54,542 bases of DNA from Cyanobacteria bacterium J06627_8 (lineage in GTDB: Bacteria > Cyanobacteriota > Cyanobacteriia > CAKZMO01), in assembly GCA_038520475.1 (NCBI GenBank), contig JBCBLF010000005.1, positions 1-54,542 on the forward strand, read 5' to 3'. Of this stretch, positions 51,091-54,542 are shown in pieces (the first letter of the stretch is position 1; every line of letters begins with the position of its first letter). Both the position numbers and the translations under genes were made by a program. A model generated the notes under the pieces. It made no database searches. It was given only the letters and a program-made list of their open reading frames with translations, and was not told the DNA's origin.

Positions 51091-51101
51091 TCCTGACACT
51101 C

Positions 51102-52292
51102 TTATTTCAAAAGTGTCATGTGCTGATTTTGGCGATACCTCAACCAAAGGTTAGCCGCGAGCGCCATGCCAATGAGAGCGATCGCCAGAGCATTAATCCA
51201 GTTCCAGTTGAAGTGATACAGCAATTGACCTGACATGAGGCTACAGAATGCGACAAAGCCAAAGGTACAAAAATCATGGGTCGCCTGTGCCTTGGCTTTT
51301 TCAGCAGGTTTGTAAGTCTGGGTCAACAGCGTAGTTGACCCAATAAACATGAAGTTCCAGCCGATGCCCAAAAAGAGAAGAGCGATTGCAAAGTAAGGGA
51401 ACGTTGTGCCAGACAAGGCGATCGCACTACAGAGTAGATTCAACATAATTCCCGTAAAAATGATGTTGAGTGACCCAAACCGGGCAATCAGAGCACCCGT
51501 AATAAATGATGGGGCGAACATGCCCAGCACGTGCCACCGAATAACAGCCGCAATGTCTGGAAACGAATAGTCGAGTTCTTGCATGGCAATCGGGGTTGAT
51601 GTCATGACGAAAGACATCACGCCGTAGCCCAACATGCTTCCCAATACAGCGACAGCGAATACGGGCTGCTGGGCAATCGTTGTCAGAGGACGTCCAATAG
51701 TGGTTTGGTTCGTGTCTGCTGCTGGAGGAATGTGAACGTTGAACAAGAGGGCGATCGCAATCAGTTGCAAACCGACAATGACGGTAATCGAACCCGCAAA
51801 TTCATAAGGTGTAAACCAGTCCTTTGCCCAGGTTGCGAGAGTCGGCGCTAAGAAGGCTGCAATTACGCCACCCGACATCACTAGAGACACTGCCTTTGGT
51901 CGAAAGGCTTCGGTCGATGCATCAGCCGCTGCAAATCGGTAATACCACGAAAAGCTACTGAACGAACCAATGCAGAAGGTGCCCAGACAAAAGAGCCAAA
52001 AGTGATTCATGAAAATGGATTGAACACTCAACCCTGCTCCAATAATGCCAATCAGTGACCCGATGATGAATCCCTTCTGTCGACCCGTTCGCTTCATAAT
52101 CAGAGATGCCGGAATCGTTGCAGCCATGATTGCAATGTGAAGCAGCGAAACAGGAAAGGTAGCTAGAGACTTATCAGTTGCCAATGAATACCCAACAAGC
52201 GTTCCGACGGTAAAAAGGAGCGTAACAGCTGTGGCAGCCAGCGCCTGACACAGCGCAAGGAGTAGTACATTGACCTGGGCACGATTGAGCAT
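51102..52292 (-). CDS. MFS transporter
   Basis: About 12 TM; YYRFAAAD, WHVLGMFAPSFITG, GIGWNFMFIG motifs. Confidence 0.9.
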   Translation of the reverse strand: MLNRAQVNVLLLALCQALAATAVTLLFTVGTLVGYSLATDKSLATFPVSLLHIAIMAATIPASLIMKRTGRQKGFIIGSLIGIIGAGLSVQSIFMNHFWLFCLGTFCIGSFSSFSWYYRFAAADASTEAFRPKAVSLVMSGGVIAAFLAPTLATWAKDWFTPYEFAGSITVIVGLQLIAIALLFNVHIPPAADTNQTTIGRPLTTIAQQPVFAVAVLGSMLGYGVMSFVMTSTPIAMQELDYSFPDIAAVIRWHVLGMFAPSFITGALIARFGSLNIIFTGIMLNLLCSAIALSGTTFPYFAIALLFLGIGWNFMFIGSTTLLTQTYKPAEKAKAQATHDFCTFGFVAFCSLMSGQLLYHFNWNWINALAIALIGMALAANLWLRYRQNQHMTLLK

Positions 52293-52425
52293 AAGAGTAG
52301 ACGCTGCGGCGTGAAATTAGAAGAGACCCAGTACATTACACTAAAAGCTTCTATTTTCACATCCTCTGAATCGGTTACGAGGACGCTAGCTTAAGCTCAG
52401 ACACGTGCTTCCCGTCTATTTCAAT

Positions 52426-52473
52426 AAAAAAGCGACGAGGCAAAGAATAGAGTTATTTCACCTCGTCGCTTTT
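52426..52473 (-). terminator. Terminator downstream of tRNA-Arg
   Basis: AAAAGCGACGAGG / CCTCGTCGCTTTT; U-tract on the minus strand. Confidence 0.7.
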
Positions 52474-52484
52474 CAGTTTTGAAA

Positions 52485-52558
52485 CGGGCTAGGAGGGATT
52501 CGAACCCCCGACACCGTGGTCCGTAGCCACGTGCTCTAGTCCACTGAGCTACAAGCCC
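52485..52558 (-). tRNA. tRNA-Arg(ACG)
   Basis: Reverse complement GGGCTTGTAGCTCAGTGGACTAGAGCACGTGGCT-ACG-GACCACGGTGTCGGGGGTTCGAATCCCTCCTAGCCCG; cloverleaf with TTCGAA T-loop; CCA not encoded. Confidence 0.97.
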
Positions 52559-52650
52559 CCAATCGAATTCCTATCGTATCATAACCATGGCAAACTCACC
52601 GAAAAATTATTGCGGATGTGATGCCACTGTTTTTTCCCATGAGCATTTGA

Positions 52651-53205
52651 ATGACATCTCCTCGTTCTACGGCCGATTCGTCGGCTTCTTCTACTCCATC
52701 TGACTCTGTTTCTACGTCTAACTCGGGCTCTCTCACGCATATAGATGCTGCTGGCGAAGCCCAAATGGTCGATGTTTCGGGCAAAGAACAAACCGTGCGG
52801 CGGGCGATCGCCGCTGGTCAAATCCGAATGCAGCTCACGACCCTAGAAGCCATTCAATCGGGTAATGCGCCAAAAGGTGATGTGCTGGGAACAGCACGCT
52901 TAGCTGGCATCATGGCGGCTAAGCAAACGCCACAGCTGATTCCGCTATGCCATGCCATCCCAATTCATAAGGTGACCGTTACCATCACCCCAGATGACGA
53001 ACTCCCCGGCTTTAAAATTCAAGCCGAAGTGAAAACGAAAGCTGAAACAGGCGTTGAAATGGAAGCGCTAACAGCCGTATCGGTTGCTGCACTGACGCTC
53101 TACGATATGGCAAAAGGACTTGAAAAGTCGATGCAGATTGAAGCCATTCATCTGGTCAGTAAAACAGGTGGTAAATCCGGAGTCTACAGCTCGGCACAGT
53201 CCTGA
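52651..53205 (+). CDS. moaC: Cyclic pyranopterin monophosphate synthase
   Basis: LTHID...[50 protein letters not shown]. Confidence 0.97.
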   Translation: MTSPRSTADSSASSTPSDSVSTSNSGSLTHIDAAGEAQMVDVSGKEQTVRRAIAAGQIRMQLTTLEAIQSGNAPKGDVLGTARLAGIMAAKQTPQLIPLCHAIPIHKVTVTITPDDELPGFKIQAEVKTKAETGVEMEALTAVSVAALTLYDMAKGLEKSMQIEAIHLVSKTGGKSGVYSSAQS

Positions 53206-53247
53206 GGTTAGCCAAGAAGGGACAGGCATTCACATAAAGTCGCACTT

Positions 53248-53410
53248 AGTTACCACAACGATTGCGCCGCGTGCTCCAGTCAAATCAATGGTTTGAGGAA
53301 AGCTACATTTCGTCCAGTTTTCCTGGATACGCGTCTTGACCTATCGGTGTACGGCTCTATTTGGTAGGACACTCTGAGCTTTGACCCTCCGGTATTTGAC
53401 CATGTGATTT
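53248..53410 (-). ncRNA. ssrS: 6S RNA (cyanobacterial 6Sa type); ends approximate
   Basis: Minus strand has GTCAAATACCGGAGGGTCAAAGC...GCCGTACACCG...CCAGGAAAACTGG...CGTTGTGGTAACT, blocks I recognise from cyanobacterial 6S RNAs. The ends pair with a G-U wobble on this strand. Confidence 0.75.
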
Positions 53411-53757
53411 TTACCAAACATTTCGATTACATCGATGCGGATATGATGCTGCTAGTTCAGAAGAGTGACTGGGTAACTTGTCTAGTAGTTGAGCGTGTTC
53501 CGTGTTTTCATGCAGATGGTATTGAATTGAATCAATGACCATGCCAGATATCTTGCTGGATAGTTGTCCAGATCAAAAAGGGGACTAGTTGAGCCACAAC
53601 AGTGTTCCCCCGGACAATTTAATAAAAGTATGGAAACGCTTGAACGCATCGCTGAGTAGGAATAACCTGCTCCACTGTCTTCGGCAAGAGGATTCGTAGG
53701 ATTTACTATTGAAGCGGCCTCTATTCCTGAAAACGTATCATTACGCGGGTAACGAAA

Positions 53758-54542
53758 ATGACTGTCAGCGCTTTTATACACTCTCGTCAGCCATTGCTCA
53801 TGTACACTCAGCAAACGTCATCTACGGCTTCATCAGCAACACCTGGAACGGCTGCTCATCGTGTCAGACTCTCCTACATCGACATGTGGCGATCGCTTCT
53901 TAAATCGCTATCTGGCCTATTCAGCCTGTTCCGTCTGTCTAGAACAGCATCGCTGTTGGGTGTCAGCACATTCACGGCAGTGTTGAGCTGTATGCTTGGT
54001 GTGATTGCTGAGGCAGCTGCATTGGACATGCGCGTGGCGATTGAAGAAGAGGTACCAACCGTTCAGATTGGAAGCTCTACAAAGTCTTTTTTACGAGATA
54101 GCTCAGGGCGAGTGATTGCAGAGATTCCCGCAATGGGCAGCGTTTATGCAGAGTCTCAAGGCCGTCAAGTTAAAATTCACCAATTTCAAGGGAATCAATT
54201 TTGGCTTGAACCCACGGATGGAGGATTTGTTGCAATTGGCAACAAATGGTATCGGGGTCGGACCCAAGTGGTTGCTGTAGACGGTGGAATCACCGCTGTG
54301 AACCACATCGACCTAGAAGAGTATCTCTATAGTGTCGTCGGAGCTGAAGCCCCAACGAGCTGGCCTTTAGAAGCGCTCAAATCTCAGGCTGTTGCGGCCC
54401 GAACCTATGCGCTTTATCAGCGTCAGCATCGCGGGAATGCCATTTTCGATGTGGGAGACACAACGGCTTGGCAGGTCTATAAAGGACTTGAAGAAGAAGC
54501 CAGCAGCACCCATGCGGCGGTGAGAGGAACAGCAGGACAGGT
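53758..54542 (+). CDS. SpoIID/LytB domain protein (runs off the window end; absent from the ORF track; start 53758 or 53884)
   Basis: Manual translation: ...KWYRGRTQVV...AVNHIDLEEYLYSVVGAEAPTSWPLEALKSQAVAARTYAL...QVYKG. Confidence 0.92.
   Translation, partial: MTVSAFIHSRQPLLMYTQQTSSTASSATPGTAAHRVRLSYIDMWRSLLKSLSGLFSLFRLSRTASLLGVSTFTAVLSCMLGVIAEAAALDMRVAIEEEVPTVQIGSSTKSFLRDSSGRVIAEIPAMGSVYAESQGRQVKIHQFQGNQFWLEPTDGGFVAIGNKWYRGRTQVVAVDGGITAVNHIDLEEYLYSVVGAEAPTSWPLEALKSQAVAARTYALYQRQHRGNAIFDVGDTTAWQVYKGLEEEASSTHAAVRGTAGQ

Larger units (their letters stand above)
186..53890. repeat. HIP1 octamer GCGATCGC dispersed throughout the window (often extended to GGCGATCGCC)
   Basis: Dozens of copies in coding and intergenic DNA, e.g. 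186-193 and 517-524; cyanobacterial hallmark. Not counted exactly. Confidence 0.95.

Noticed and set aside
52485-52558. tRNA-Arg as an island integration site
   Set aside because: No duplicated tRNA 3' end seen in the window and no adjacent integrase; an ordinary terminator follows.
53293-53304. TTGAGGAAAGCT inside the 6S region matching the family A stem
   Set aside because: Only 12 bp with no complementary arm or element ends; compatible with chance.
53482-53814. 110-aa minus-strand ORF between 6S and SpoIID
   Set aside because: Non-ATG start, overlaps the SpoIID 5' region, no motifs; probably promoter DNA.

Overview
Core-chromosome segment of a cyanobacterium. Evidence: ycf3, petC-petA, PAM68, ferrochelatase with a C-terminal CAB tail, a cyanobacterial-type 6S RNA, and very frequent HIP1 (GCGATCGC, often GGCGATCGCC). 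About 48 CDSs, mostly housekeeping: comEC (partial), glgB, ycf3, gatC, an OPX/Wza exporter, pstSCAB with a Pho box, trpD, hemH, rpsO, ruvA, sucrose-phosphate phosphatase, prmA, serA, petCA, copZ-copA, mrp, a Ycf29-type regulator, fmt, a glycogen debranching enzyme, moaC and a SpoIID/LytB protein (partial). There is also tRNA-Arg(ACG) and 6S RNA. I see no CRISPR array, transposase or prophage. The least-explained features are: (1) two families of ~100-bp dispersed, MITE/REP-like intergenic elements, 4 copies each, whose internal stems differ in sequence but keep their pairing; (2) a perfect 71-bp palindrome one gene away from a solitary tyrosine recombinase; (3) a small orphan ORF resembling the low-complexity leaders of DUF4157/eCIS-associated proteins, ending in a cationic amphipathic peptide; (4) an orphan with an HHGCGCxxH motif behind the copper ATPase. 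All product calls come from motif recognition; no database searches were run.
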